Part shown: positions 11,781 through 27,439 of the stretch, in pieces | How positions within the stretch are numbered: position 1 is the first letter of the stretch | Layout of the letters: each line of letters opens with the position of its first letter | Assembly: GCF_006345805.1 (NCBI RefSeq) | Contig: NW_021833877.1 | Location: 1,743-65,742, forward strand | Direction of reading: 5' to 3' | DNA length: 64,000 nt | From: Octopus sinensis | Taxonomy: Eukaryota | The notes under the pieces: generated by a model | What the model was told of the DNA's origin: nothing | Databases searched by the model: none | Seen by the model: the letters and a program-made list of their open reading frames with translations, nothing else | Position numbers and translations under genes: made by a program

Positions 11781-12901
11781 CCAGCCACTCCAGCCACCAG
11801 CTGTTGGAGTTCATTGTCTGAATTGATAAATGATACTTTCTTAGGGTGACCTTTTAATTATTTCTGGTGGCACAATAGTATACTGTATAGCACCCTAAAC
11901 ATTAGCTGATTTGTTTGTTTGTTTGTTTGTGTTCCTTCCTTGTTCTATAATATGCTATGGGCATATTATCCTACATTACATCCGTACAGCTCGATACAAC
12001 CCGAAATCACTGGTCCACAAGTCAGCATCATTAAATTGTGGCTGGCATAATGGAATAGGAACTTTATTTGCATATCCCAAATGTTTCCCGTAAACAAATT
12101 AAAAAAATAAATGCTTGAAATACGAGACTAGAAAAACAGACAACAACTGATGAAGGGTCGTTATGTTGTTTGTTTTGTTTTCCATTTGTGTCTTTCGTTG
12201 TTCGAAAGAATAGTTCATGTTCCATTTACTCTTGCTTCGTACTTTTTTGGAGTACACGTTTCATGACGTCCTGTGCCCACATATGCATATAGATATATAT
12301 ATAGATATATTATATATATAGATATATTAATATACGTATAGATTATGTACATATACGTATGTATATATGCATATATATATCATATATATATATATATAAT
12401 TATATATATATATATATATAGATATATTATATTTATATTTATATATATACTTACATACATACACACATACATACATACACACACACACACACGTATCTAT
12501 ATTTCCCAGCATGAAACCTCGGCATGCAATGCACTCCATACGATAGAAAAGAATAGATACAAACATTAGATTTTAGTTTAATCGAAATCATTCAATGTCG
12601 CCGAGAAACATCTTGGAAGAAAATCCAGCACGCTATCCGCAACCTACTTCAATTACGTGGGTTTCATGTTTAATATTGTACACTGTGGCTTCTAGAATAG
12701 GACTTACCTCCTCACGTACGTACAAATACACACGTATATCTATGAATGTTCTTATACACACATGTGCTCATGCACGCGTGTATATGCCTTGTGTGTCAAT
12801 TATACTGATGTCTAATTCTATTGCTGTGATGTACGTGTTTTGTTGACTTGTGCTTGTGTGTGTGTGTGTGTGTGTGTCTGTGTGTGTGTCTGTGTGTGTG
12901 T

Positions 12902-12948
<47 letters not shown>

Positions 12949-13081
12949 TGTGTGTGAAAATTCTATTTCCTCGCGGCTCGAGTTTCCCGAGACTGCGATC
13001 ATCAGGTGTAAAGTTTTTTACTGTACGCGATATGTATTGAGTTATCTCTCCTCTTCTCGCTCTACTTCTCTACTCTTCTTC

Positions 13082-13137
<56 letters not shown>

Positions 13138-13973
13138 ATCTCTATCTCACTGTTTCTCTCTGTACGTTTCCCTCTGCCTCCTTATAGCAACCTTGTCTCT
13201 TTTTCTGTCCCCTCTGCTTTTCTCTAATTTTGCTTCTGAACACACACACAGATAAAAACATGCATATATATATATATATATACAAGAACTGTTATGAACG
13301 TGGGATCAAAGAAGGGGCAGAAAGGTGGCACCAGACAGTACAACACGATGGCGTCTGCTTTGAATGCTTGGCGGCCTTTGTTGTAACTTGACGAACAAAA
13401 GCAACGAAGTTACCAAACCTTTTGACTCAGCACAATACTAAGAGACACAGTATGAGTCTGTGTGTGTGTGTGTGTGTGTGTGTCTGAGACATAGTGAAAG
13501 AGAGAGGGGGAAAGAAAAAGCAGTGATTCTAATAAGCATATCTTCTCATACATGCTTACATTTGATTTAGAAGGAAGCCGTATGTTTTGGTATATAAGGA
13601 ACTTTTCCAAAAACAAAAATTATCAAAAGAAAAAAAAATTTCCCTCGACTATACGCCGTTGAACTGGCATGCGTCTAATGTACCCGGGTGTCGTTAATGT
13701 GATCAAATACGGTATTTCTCTGTAAGACAGAGGTTGTAAGGGAGATTACACAGGTACACGGGAGTATCTATAAGTGTCAAGTTTTGTTTAGCGAATAATT
13801 CGGATTTAGATCAATGTAACAACATCATTAATAATGATCTGTCTTAGGAGTTCATTTATGGTCACCCTATCTGCTAGAAATAGTAGCCGAATCTCTCTTA
13901 AATTTCACTGTTCATTTAAAAAGGAAAGAAAACCCATAGTGGACAATATTAGTCCCATATTACAACCACCACC

Positions 13974-14006
<33 letters not shown>

Positions 14007-14163
14007 TACTACTACAACTACTACTGCTAGAATAATTCACTGGCTGCAACAACAATAACAAGAATACCATTTAAAACTAATTATTAAAACTAATTATTAA
14101 AACGTAAAATAACTAATACTTCTTCGTCCCCTAAATTATTAACTTCTCCTCAATTTATTTCAG

Positions 14164-14447
14164 GTCAAGAGGGAGCCTTCAAAAAATTGAAGACTGAAGG
14201 TGGCACAGTGAGCAGCGGAAGTACCGTGAGCAGTATGGGAACAAGTTCAGGTCTAGGTAGTGGAGTACAGCACGGTAGTGCTACAACGGGCACATGTCCA
14301 ACACCGGCCCGACGGAGGCACCGGACGACCTTCACACAAGAACAGCTACAAGAACTAGAGGCAGCCTTTGCCAAAAGCCATTATCCGGATATCTATTGCA
14401 GAGAGGAATTAGCAAGAATCACAAAACTAAACGAAGCCCGTATACAG
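14164..14447 (+). CDS. PROP1: Prop1-like (Prophet of Pit-1/CG32532 family) PRD-class homeobox gene, internal coding exon with homeodomain residues 1-46
   Basis: Acceptor ttctcctcaatttatttcAG|14164 (phase 1) and donor CAG|GTaata at 14448. Encodes [13 protein letters not shown]...[50 protein letters not shown]. The [24 protein letters not shown] signature is that of invertebrate Prop, and the phase-0 intron between Q46 and V47 is the canonical PRD-class position. Confidence 0.95.
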
Positions 14448-14468
14448 GTAATATCATTCTTTTTAATT

Positions 14469-14857
14469 ATAAGGCGGCGAGGAGCTGGCAGAAACGTTAG
14501 CACCCGGGCGAAATGCGTAGCCGTATTTCGTCTGCCGCTACTTTCTGAGTTCAAATTCCGCCTTTCATCCTTTCGGGATCAATAAATTAAGTACCAGTTA
14601 CGTAATGGGGTCTATGTAATCGACTTAATCCGTTTGTCTGTCCTTGTTTGTCCTCTCTGTGTGTTTAGCCCCTTGTTAGTCCGCTCTGTGTTTAGTTCTG
14701 AGTTCAAATTCTGCCGAGGTCGACTTTGCCTTCCATTCTTTCGGGGTCGATAAATTAAGTACCAGTTACGCACTGGGGTCGATGTAATCGACTTAATCAG
14801 TTTGTCTCTCCTTGTTTTCCCCCTCTGAGTTTAGCCCCTTGTGGGTAGTAAAGAAAT
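14469..14857 (+). mobile_element. SINE family A, internally duplicated form, inserted about 20 nt into the intron with a 23 bp TSD
   Basis: Head aaggcggcgaggagctggcagaaacgttagc, two core units; aggtaatatcattctttttaatt at 14446-14468 and 14858-14880. Confidence 0.92.
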
Positions 14858-14882
14858 AGGTAATATCATTCTTTTTAATTTT

Positions 14883-15058
14883 GGCGCAAGGCCAGCCATT
14901 TTGAGGGGAAGGGCGATTTGATTATATCGACCCTGATACTTAACTGATATTTATTTCATCGTGTCCTAAAGATAAACTCGACCTCGGTGGAATTTGAACT
15001 TAGTACGTAATGAGTCGGATGAAATGCTACTAAGCATTTCGTCCGGCGTGCTAACCAT
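14883..15058 (-). mobile_element. SINE family A, older diverged copy in opposite orientation
   Basis: ctcgacctcggtggaatttgaacttagtacgta...ctaagcatttcgtccggcgtgctaac. Confidence 0.8.
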
Positions 15059-15265
15059 CTGTGGGTCGACTTCTGTAAATAATCCTTTCTACTATAGGCA
15101 AAAGGCCGAAATTTGAAGGAGGGAACTATTGACTAGGACTTACTTTCTCACAGAAACGGAGGGTGCTAACCGATGGAGTGTGTGGGTACCAAAAACCTCT
15201 TTTCATAAATAAACTGATACAGTAATGAAATCGTCCAACTCAGTGACGGATCGTTGTTCATTAAC

Positions 15266-15301
<36 letters not shown>

Positions 15302-15839
15302 CAAAATAATGGTGAAAAACGTATACAGCAACTGACGAAAATTATGTCTTTAGTCACAAGATCTGTCTTCATTATTTTTTATGTGGGACCTGGTGCTTTC
15401 CAGATGAAATCTTTTCTGTTGGTGCTGTTGATTATCCAAGCGGTTGGTATCCTCAGCCAAACCGGAGAACAGGAGGGACGAGTGTGGAGACTGTTCGGTA
15501 TCTTATGATCAAGATATGAATAGACCTTACTGGGATGATTTTCTTTACTATTTTACACGCACACAAGCTGTCTCATGATTCAACAAATTCCGATAATCCC
15601 CAGTACTCAGTTACTCCTTGTTACTCATACTAACTGAAATACTTCATCAGACGCAGAAACGTAGTTACTCTGAGTAAATGAGTTCAGGCTGAGTATATGG
15701 TAATGGCGCTAATATGAAGCTAAATGCAGTCACGGGATCGTTGCTGCCTGACTGGTTGCTCTGAGCAGCACTACATACACGCGTCTTTACATTGGCCAAA
15801 CCGGATCAACTAAAAGAACTGAGATAAAAGCTATTTGAA

Positions 15840-15878
15840 ATCAAAGGAAAAAAAACAATTTATGGCTAATTTAATTAG
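15840..15878. promoter_or_regulatory. Candidate intronic enhancer motif cluster: TCF/LEF (ATCAAAG), TTTATGG, P3 paired-homeodomain palindrome TAATTTAATTA
   Basis: ATCAAAG 15840-15846, TTTATGG 15859-15865 and cTAATTTAATTAg 15866-15878, in non-repetitive sequence. Motif match only. Confidence 0.35.
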
Positions 15879-16090
15879 AATGGCAACGACTCTCTATATT
15901 TTAAGTTCAATCCCTGCCGAGGTCAACTTTGCAGGTCATCTGTCCGGGGTATATAAAACAATACAGTACAATATTTACAAATACATATATATACGTATAC
16001 AAATATATAACTGAATATGTATATCTAGATATATGTAATATATATGAATACATACATGTATATATATACAATATATTTATGAATACACAA

Positions 16091-16151
<61 letters not shown>

Positions 16152-16182
16152 CATACATATACGTATACAAATATATAGCTGA

Positions 16183-16222
<40 letters not shown>

Positions 16223-17302
16223 GTAGTATATATATATATATATATGTATATACATGTATATATGTAAGTGTGTATACATGCGAATGCGTAATGTAAGTAT
16301 GTGTGTAGGTGTGTGTGTGTGTATGAGTGTGTGTGTGTGACTCTTCATATAAATTGTGAACATCTCTTCGTGGTGCAACGAACGGGTTTTCACTGCATTT
16401 CAGAAACAGTCCAAAAAACGGAACAGCAAATGCAACCTGCACCACCACCAGCATCACCACCACAAAAGAATTACTAGTAAAATAAATAATAAATATATAA
16501 TAAAAAAAACCCCAAGAAACCAAGCATCTTAACAGCTAAGCTCTCCACTAACGCAAGCTCCTCTGCCTTCCTCTCCTGTCAGATCTGCGAGGAATCTAAC
16601 CCTACGTTCGGGTTAGTCGGCGTTAACACAATAACTAGCAGTGAAAGGCATCTCAATTGTCAAACAAGATGAAAGGAACAGAAGAAGAAAATACAAACAA
16701 AACAAAAATATGTACATATATATATTAATACACTTTATGTAGACACAAATACAAATATAAATACATATATTATATATATATATATATAAATATATAAATG
16801 TATATATATATGTATTATAATAACATATATACATATATATATATGTACTATATTTATATATATATTATAATAGATATATATTAATATATATATATATATA
16901 AATATAGGTACATATATATATATAATACATATATATAATTATATAGATATATATATTATATATATATAATATATATATATCTATATATATACTAACGCAC
17001 ACAGGTACACACATACAAACACACAGATACTCACACACACCCCATACATACATACATACATACATACATACATACATACATACATAATATATATAATATA
17101 TATATATATATACAAACAATAATGATAACACTGAAGGTTGTGATGATGATGATAATGGTGATAGGGAATAAAAGAAATATAACAGTAAATAGCATATACT
17201 GATATATTATACCACACACACACACACACACATATAATATATATCATATACACATATATATGTGTATATATACATATATATATATATTATATATATATAT
17301 AT

Positions 17303-17354
<52 letters not shown>

Positions 17355-17989
17355 ATATATATACTAAATATATATATATATATATATATATGTTATATGT
17401 ATTATATATTAAATTGTTATATATATATATATAAATGTATATATATATATATTAACTTGTATATATACATACATACATACATACATACATATGTATACGT
17501 ATGTACGTAATTTATATATATCGGCATATACATGTGCATACACACACTTACACACATACACACAGAGTGGTTGTCGGTGCTAGAAGAGTTGTTGCTGTTG
17601 TCGGTGGTGGTGGTTGATGGTGTTGATGTTGGTGGTGTCGGGGGCGTATCGAATATGTTTGTTACGAGGCAGGGTTCGGGTTGAGGCTATGCGTTTGAGC
17701 TGCTGATAGGCACTATAACAAGAGGACTTGTCGCTGAGGCGGTGAGTGCGGAGGGGTGGGGGTGGGAATAAAAATGGTGGAATGCTGAGGTGGTGGGGGG
17801 TGTTGTGGGGGCGTGGGGGGTAAGGAACAGATAGTGATGGTGGTGATGTTAACGAGGGGGATGTTGTGCGGTGGTGATATAGCAGCAGCTTAGCCTTCGT
17901 TTTAAATTACACAGTTTTCAAATGCGCCTGAGGGAGGCGCTTTCAAATTGAATTTGGCAAAAAGACAGTTGAAAAGAGATCGACAGAGA

Positions 17990-20000
<2,011 letters not shown>

Positions 20001-20412
20001 TGCTTTGCCAACCTTCGTTCTTCATCTCTCCGTTCCTATTTCTGTGTCTCTCTTTCTCTTCCTCTCACCCTTTCTCTTCATCTCTGTCCCTTTGCCTCTC
20101 TCCCTCTCTTCTACTCCCCCACTTTCTATCACAACTGATTGTCTGTCCGTCCGTCACGTCTGAATTTTCCATCTTTTTATCTAAAATGCCTATTCTCTCT
20201 TATTCTGTCTGTCTGTCTTTCTCTTTCTCCCCCCCTCTCTCATGCACACACACACACACACATACACACCCACGCATACACACACGTACACAACCGTCTG
20301 TCCGCCCGTCCGTCCGTCCATCCGTCACGTCAGAATTTTCCTTCTTTATATCCAACAAGATGCCATTTGACAAAGTTAGTGCCAACTTTAACACACACAC
20401 ACCACACACACA

Positions 20413-20476
<64 letters not shown>

Positions 20477-21039
20477 GCACACATACACACATACACACAC
20501 ACACACACGAGGAATATGTGTGACGTGAGCAAAAGAAAGAATAACGCTGACAACTCGCTCGTCTACTTCAATATAAAATTAATACAAACTGGCTCTTACT
20601 TTTTTTCTTCTCTTCCTTCATTTCTTTCTTTTTTTCCTTGTCTTGTTTTCATCTCTTTCCTTCCTTCCTCCTCCCCTCTTTCATTGTTCCTATCCCCGCC
20701 CACTTTCTCTGCTCATTACGTTTCATAGTTTCTCTTTCATCAACTTTTCTGTACTCTTAGTTTTTCCGTTCTTTCTTTCTTTCCTAAATTCTTTCTTTTG
20801 TATTTTTCTTTCTCTACTTTCGTCCTTCGTCAGTTTTCTTTTATTCCACTTCGATTTGTAAAGATTCTAACCATCACGCTATTGGGGAGTCAAGGCCATT
20901 ATGCCTGTTCTTAATCTTTGCTGGGAGCCGCATAACCGCCCTCGCGATGTTAAATCTCTTCGGAAGGGCATGAACTTCACAGCTTCTTATTTTCATCTCC
21001 CATCCTCTTAAAGCATTTTTATCTGTGGTCAAAAGCAAT

Positions 21040-21190
21040 TTTCTTCTCTCTCACGCTCCCTCTCACGTGCCCCTTCTCTCTCACGCTCCTTCTCACGTGC
21101 CCCTTCTCTCTCACCTCCTTTCCTCCTCTCTAGTTCCAGACAAACGGTCACTGGTCCGTGTCACTGGTACGGTCACTGGTCCGTGTCTTG
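21040..21190. repeat. Short tandem repeats (about 30 bp ctctcacgctccctctcacgtgccccttct x2.5; ggtcactggtccgtg units)
   Basis: Directly visible. Confidence 0.8.
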
Positions 21191-22605
21191 TCTCAGGCAT
21201 CTCTCTGCATCTTTAGACAATAAACTTAACCTTTAATAATACGAGCAAATCAGGAAACGTCTATATATTGAAGTCTCCTTCAAATTATACCCTAGTCTCT
21301 TGAAAAAGGGGAGAACAAGAACACTTTAGATATAGTACTTCTATGGGGCCATTTGTACACGGTTACTGAAAACAAGTTGGGATAATCGTGGCTGGAATGC
21401 ATTTTAGTTAAAGGCTTTTATTATGATTAACTTTGCCTCAGTATTAGGAGTACTAAAATCACGTGGTCTCTGTTTTACAGAATCAAACAAACCCATCGTT
21501 TTTAAGTGATTCAAGCGGTCACCATTTTCAAGATGGCTGACTGCCTTTTGGAGGGATGTCTAACTGATGCATCAAGCATGTCATATCTTTTATCTTTACT
21601 CATTCATTAGACACTTGCCCAAAGTGCCACTCAGTGGGACTGAACCCGAGACCATGTGGTTTATTAGTGCAATTCATACTCATAGGAGTCCACAGATATC
21701 GTCTCATAAATCTGCGAAATCTTATGTGAGTACACAGATATCTTGAAGACGATTGCGAATGTCTCGGACTGGATTTGACGGCCATTTTATCTGTAGCTTT
21801 GAGAAAGTCAACATTTTTACATGAAACCTTCTTTCGCTGGTCTTTTATGTCTCTGTCATACACCTTCATTCGTTTGATCACTACAATTCGAAAGAGATCA
21901 TGCTGAGGGACGTGGAAATGCCACCATCTCAAGTACAGGCAAAAGGCCTTCAAAATATTCAATGCCATTCCCTGCATATCTGGTTTTATATGACAATGAC
22001 CTCCTAGAGACACGCTTTAGCAAAAGCTAAGGGTTTCCTCACTTCCAGTGGTCTTCCAGCAAGCTGGACATCAACCCAGTATGTCTGAGTGTCCGTGCTA
22101 TTGCTAGATGGTCATTGAAGCCATACTAGTTTCTGGCCTTTTGAAAGGTCTTGGTTTCAGTGCTGCTGGGTTTCTGACAACCCTCCTCATTTGACAAGCC
22201 TGGTGTTTGGAGGACGGGTGGCAGTTTAGCAGCCGACGACCCAACCAATAAGTGTACTAGGTTCTATGTTGCCGGTAGCACTAATGAGAGGCATCACAAG
22301 TGACCTGACATATACAAAGATACATACATACATACATACATACACATACATATGTATGCATAATTTATGCATTAATAGAAATATGCATAATCATATATAT
22401 ATATATTTATATATATAGATAGATAGATATGTACATACATATATACATACACACACACATATATACAAATATATATATATAAGGTTTTTCAGATGGCCAG
22501 AAAACCGAAGAAATGGTGCTGTGGATTTCCACCTAGGCATCCGAAACTCAGAGTTTTATCTTGGCTATTGAATAATTGTCACATATATTTTACAGATATA
22601 TATAT

Positions 22606-22659
<54 letters not shown>

Positions 22660-22674
22660 GTGTGTGTGTGTGTG

Positions 22675-22708
<34 letters not shown>

Positions 22709-23058
22709 GTGAGAGAGAGTGAGTGAGAGAGAGAGAGAAATAGAGTGAGAGAGAAAGAGAGAGAGAGAGAGGTATGCATACATGTATACATATTTATATA
22801 TAAATTTCCCTTCCAGTTTTGTTCATTTTCTCCTAGTTTCAGTTATTTTGACAATTCCTTGTGCTTGCTTGTGTATCTGAAGTGTGAACTGGGCCTGTAT
22901 CGAACACGATCTGAGTTTGAATATATCAGAACCACAGTTATACAAATAGAAATCGCACTGTTTCTTTGTAACATTGTATCTGTTTCAGTCAGTTCGTGTA
23001 AAAGCAGCATATTAAACGTTGTTATAGGCAAGATAGATAATAAATCAAGATGAAATAT

Positions 23059-23131
<73 letters not shown>

Positions 23132-23882
23132 ATATTCAGCTGTGTAGTGATTTGTAAATTTGTAGACGGTCCTGTTTCAACATTATGTGCACCGTCAGTG
23201 CAGACGGATTGCATAATGATAATTCATACAAGGTGGGACTGATTAACTGAAGTTATAGATTGTAATCCTTGTGTCTGCAGTGAGGATGCACAATAATAAT
23301 AATGATGATGATGATGACGACGATGACAACGATGATGGTGGTGATGATGATTTCTTTCGTTAGCCTCTTGGATGAAGGGGACGTCTCCAAGGAGAGTCAT
23401 CAATTTGCGTGGAGATTTACATAACAGATGAGGAGAAAGAAATAGAAAACACGCTACATACATACATGCATACACGCACACATGCATACATGCTTACATA
23501 GATATATATATGTGAATATATATGTGTGTGTATTTGTATGTATGTGTGTGTATGCGTGTATGTATACACTCACATACACACACATATATATAACTGTAGT
23601 TATATAATTAAAATTAGTATAGTTTTATATATGTATGTATAGGTCCTGTTATTATTATTTTTTTGTATTTATATTCGTGTAACATCGCCCGTTTTTCCGT
23701 CCTTGTTTCGTATACATTCGAAGCTTTTTTCCAAGGAATCTAATGCTCTTAGCTTAGTTTTTCCTTAATCAGCCGAAATTGCGAGGATGATCTGGTTCTT
23801 GACTGAAGATTAAAGGCTTCGAATGACCCGTCCGTGTTTTTTGTATCGTCTTCTGAATGTTTTGCGTTCTTGTTCCATTTTG

Positions 23883-23940
<58 letters not shown>

Positions 23941-24144
23941 TATATAGCCTGCATAAGGTGTGAAAATGGTTAAAGAAAAGTATGGAAGTTCACTTGACCA
24001 CATTGATAAAGTCTGAGATTTACATTTAGGTTAGATATATCTGTTTGATACATTCAGCCATATAGCTTCTAATTGAATGAGTTGTCACTGCAGTCGATTG
24101 GGCAGAGTGGTTATCGTCGAAACCGGCGGTGCTCCATTTATTCA

Positions 24145-24215
<71 letters not shown>

Positions 24216-24368
24216 ATATCTATCAATCTATCTATATATCTATCAATCTATCTATCTATCTATCTGCCTGTTTATCTATCTATCTATTTGTCTGTCTGTC
24301 TGTCTGCCTTTCTAACTAACTATATATATGTGTGTCTGTGTGTATGCATATAGATATATGTATATATA

Positions 24369-24399
<31 letters not shown>

Positions 24400-24408
24400 C
24401 AAATATAC

Positions 24409-24468
<60 letters not shown>

Positions 24469-25213
24469 TATATATATATAATCAATGTGATCAGGGTGGG
24501 CTTCCATACTTTTTCTTTACTCAAATTCACACCCTAGCGTTTGAACTACGCAGGGCTGTAATAAAAGCCTCTTATAGCAAAACAGAACAACATAAGAATT
24601 ATATCCTACAACCAACAGACACACAAGTTCAAACCCAGGCAAAATCAAAATCGTCAGTGTCCCCTTTGTGACTTCATAACAAAGTCCATTCCTGGACTCA
24701 AATTACATTCACGCAGCCACCGCAAATAGATGCAGCTTCTTTCAGTCTTTATTTTTAACGTTGTTTCTTTTTTCTTTGTCTCACATTTTGAAAAATTTTA
24801 AATCCTCTCATTCAACCACTCACACGTCGAAGTCACCTTTACATAATGTAGTTGTGTGAAGCCGAAACAATGAGAGAAGGTACAAAGTAAACTACGAAAG
24901 GAAAAGAATACAGAACAAAGCTGCAGCTTTACCTTGTATTTCTATATTTCGGGGTGAAAACCTCTTCTTCAAGACATTCGGAAAAGCGGTAGTTAGAAAA
25001 GGTTGTTGAGATAGATAGATAAATAGATTGATAGATTGATAGATTGATATATAGATAGACTGACTGATAGATTGATAGATTGATAGAGTGATAGATATAT
25101 ACCAAAGAGAGAGAGAGAGAGAGAGCTGAAACAGTATTTTACTTATGACTGATGATCGGAGACGTGAAACTCTGAGTAACAATTTGTGAAGTATTCTTAT
25201 CTTCAGCAAAATA

Positions 25214-25650
25214 CTATATACATACATGCATGCATACATACATACATATATGTGCATGTGTGTCCATGTATGTATAGATATATACAAATACATATAAAAT
25301 ATACGTACATATATACACACATACAAACACAGATGTGTTTGTCTGTATGTACGTATGTATATATGTATGTATGTATGTATACATGTATGTATGTATGTAC
25401 ACATGCATGTATGTATGTATACATGTATGTATGTATGTATGTATGTATGTATGTATGTATACATGTATGTATGTATGTATACATGTATGTATGTACACAT
25501 GTATGTATGTATACATGTAAGTATGTATGTATGTGTGTCTATGTATGTATGTATGTATGTATGTATGTATGTATGTATGTATGTATGTATACATGTATGT
25601 ATGTATGTATGTATGTGTGTGTGTATGTATGTATGTATGTATGTATGCAA
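25214..25650. repeat. (TACA)n/(TATG)n array
   Basis: Directly visible; source of several ORFs of 130-250 aa. Confidence 0.97.
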
Positions 25651-25879
25651 GCACGTATGTACGCATGCGTATATTACTATGTGGAGAACGCCGGTTCATT
25701 TTCTTTGGTTGGCGGACGTTCTGAAACGAGCGGCGAGCTTTCGACGAGAATTTTAACATGTGAAGTCCTAATTAGCTTGTATGAATAGACACGCACAAGA
25801 CTTAAGTAACGCCGCCTAGCGGTATAATTAGTTTAGCTCTCCTTTCGCCAACGGTGATGGCGCGGGATTGGTAATGCAT

Positions 25880-25889
25880 TGAAGTGGCT

Positions 25890-25933
<44 letters not shown>

Positions 25934-26206
25934 GGTGGTGGTGGTGGTGGTGGCTGTGGTGATAGTAACGGTGGGGTGTTGGTGGGTATAGTAATTATAG
26001 AGATGTCAGTGGTGGTAGTGGTGGTTGCGGTTGTGATGGTGGCGGTGACGGTGGCGGCGATGGTGGTGGTATTTGTGGTGATGGTGGCGCTGATGATGGC
26101 GTTGGTGGTGGTTTTGGTGCTGGTGGCGGACGCTACCGTTTGTTATTGAGGTTTGCCGTTAGTGATGGAGTGGTTGTACGCGGTCGTGTTGATGGTCGTT
26201 ATTGTG

Positions 26207-26302
<96 letters not shown>

Positions 26303-26400
26303 TATTGTAGTAGTAGTAGTAGTAGTAGTAGTGGTTATGGTGGCAGTGGTGGTATTACAAATTCAAGGTTATCTTGTGTCGACAAGATAGTGGTAATGAT
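25880..26400. repeat. (GTA)n/(GGT)n low-complexity array
   Basis: Directly visible. Confidence 0.9.
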
Positions 26401-27199
26401 AGAGATCATAATGTACTGCTGTTGTTTATCATCAACGCCTGCTTATCTGTGGCTGAGCAGATAAAATATACGATCAAAGGCGATCCAGCCGTGACAATCT
26501 CGTTATTTCTCTTTTTTTTTTCTTTGAGAGAGAAGGGTGTGATTTGAGGGAATTCGATTATTATTTCTAGCAGACGAGCGATCACATAGAGGCTCCCAAA
26601 GTGGATCAGACCCTCTCATTATAATCATAGTAGTTGTTGTGGTAGAAATGGTTGTTATTGTTGTTGTTGTTGCTGTTGTTCGGTGGTGATGTGGTGGTAG
26701 GGGGGGGGGGGTTGTGGTGGTGGTGGTGGTGGTGGTGGTAAAAGATAAACGATATAGCTATGACATTGTTTTTCTTTATTTATAAATGTGTGATGTCTAT
26801 GTGATATCTATGATACCAGGATCGATGCAAGATGGGCCCAAACGATCGTAGTGATTAATAAAGAATCTCATGCATTCCATTTTTTATTTCATTCATTTGT
26901 TATATTCGCTTATATTCATATAAACAAACTCATTTATGTATGGGTGTATGTATGTATGTATATATATTTATATATATATGAGTGCATGTTTATGCTACTC
27001 AACCCGCATATCTACAAACAGTGGGAACTCTCTTAACTAAAAAAGTCTTGTCGCTATACTCTGCAAGGACTTGTCCCATTTGATGCAAGCTCAAAATGTC
27101 CTTAACCTTTACTCCGGGTTTCATGGTTCCTATATTTTGCGACTGCAGTCTGAAGATCGGACGCCTGAGACGACGTTTTTAGCATCCAGTAATGTGGAA

Positions 27200-27430
27200 G
27201 TGTGTGGCTTAGCGATTAGGGGTGTTGGGCTCATGATCGTAAGATTATGGTTTCGAGTCATGGGCCGGGAGACGCGTTGAGATCTTGGACGAAACACTTC
27301 GTTCCACGTTGGCAAAAATGAGAAAACGAGTAATCCTGCGACGGATCGGCGTCCCGTTCAAGGGGGAATGTATGCGCCACGGAAACCGGGAAACTGGCCA
27401 TACATGTCTACATGATTCGAGAAGAGCATT
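27200..27430 (+). mobile_element. tRNA-derived SINE family V (V-domain-like core); related copies at about 32255-32500 (+), 37770-37935 (-), 48190-48420 (-)
   Basis: tRNA-like head gtgtggcttagcg...catgatcgtaagatt...ggtttcga, followed by aatcctgcgacggatcggcgtcccgttcaagggg. The 32255 copy has aatcctgcgaaggaatggcgtccagtccaggggg. Confidence 0.75.
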
Positions 27431-27439
27431 TGTCCTTTA

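Noticed and set aside
12110-12290. CUGAUGA followed about 50 nt later by GAAA (and the related copy at 2130-2290) as hammerheads
   Set aside because: Could not form convincing stems I-III; the 2130 copy has no matching GAAA. At most decayed PLE ends.
13291-13385. Short ORF MNVGSKKGQKG... as a possible first coding exon with a phase-1 G|GTGGCA donor
   Set aside because: Weak donor and no recognisable similarity to Prop N-termini; cannot be supported without transcripts.
14448-14585. Read-through extension of ORF 14187-14585 ([12 protein letters not shown]...)
   Set aside because: Begins at a canonical donor at the conserved PRD intron position and runs into SINE sequence; the true continuation VWFQNRR is at 39229.
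16575-16640. Hairpin ctaaccc/gggttag with ctgcga...ggcgtt, reminiscent of a hammerhead
   Set aside because: Neither CUGANGA nor GAAA is intact.
17750-17822. G-quadruplex-capable G tracts
   Set aside because: Part of a generic GGT low-complexity region; nothing indicates function.
21700-22310. Further RLE-LINE remnant (ORF 21600-22013)
   Set aside because: Too degenerate to identify any diagnostic motif by eye.
27200-27300. tRNA genes (here and at other SINE heads)
   Set aside because: A/B-box-like motifs belong to SINE heads followed by family cores; no complete cloverleaf.
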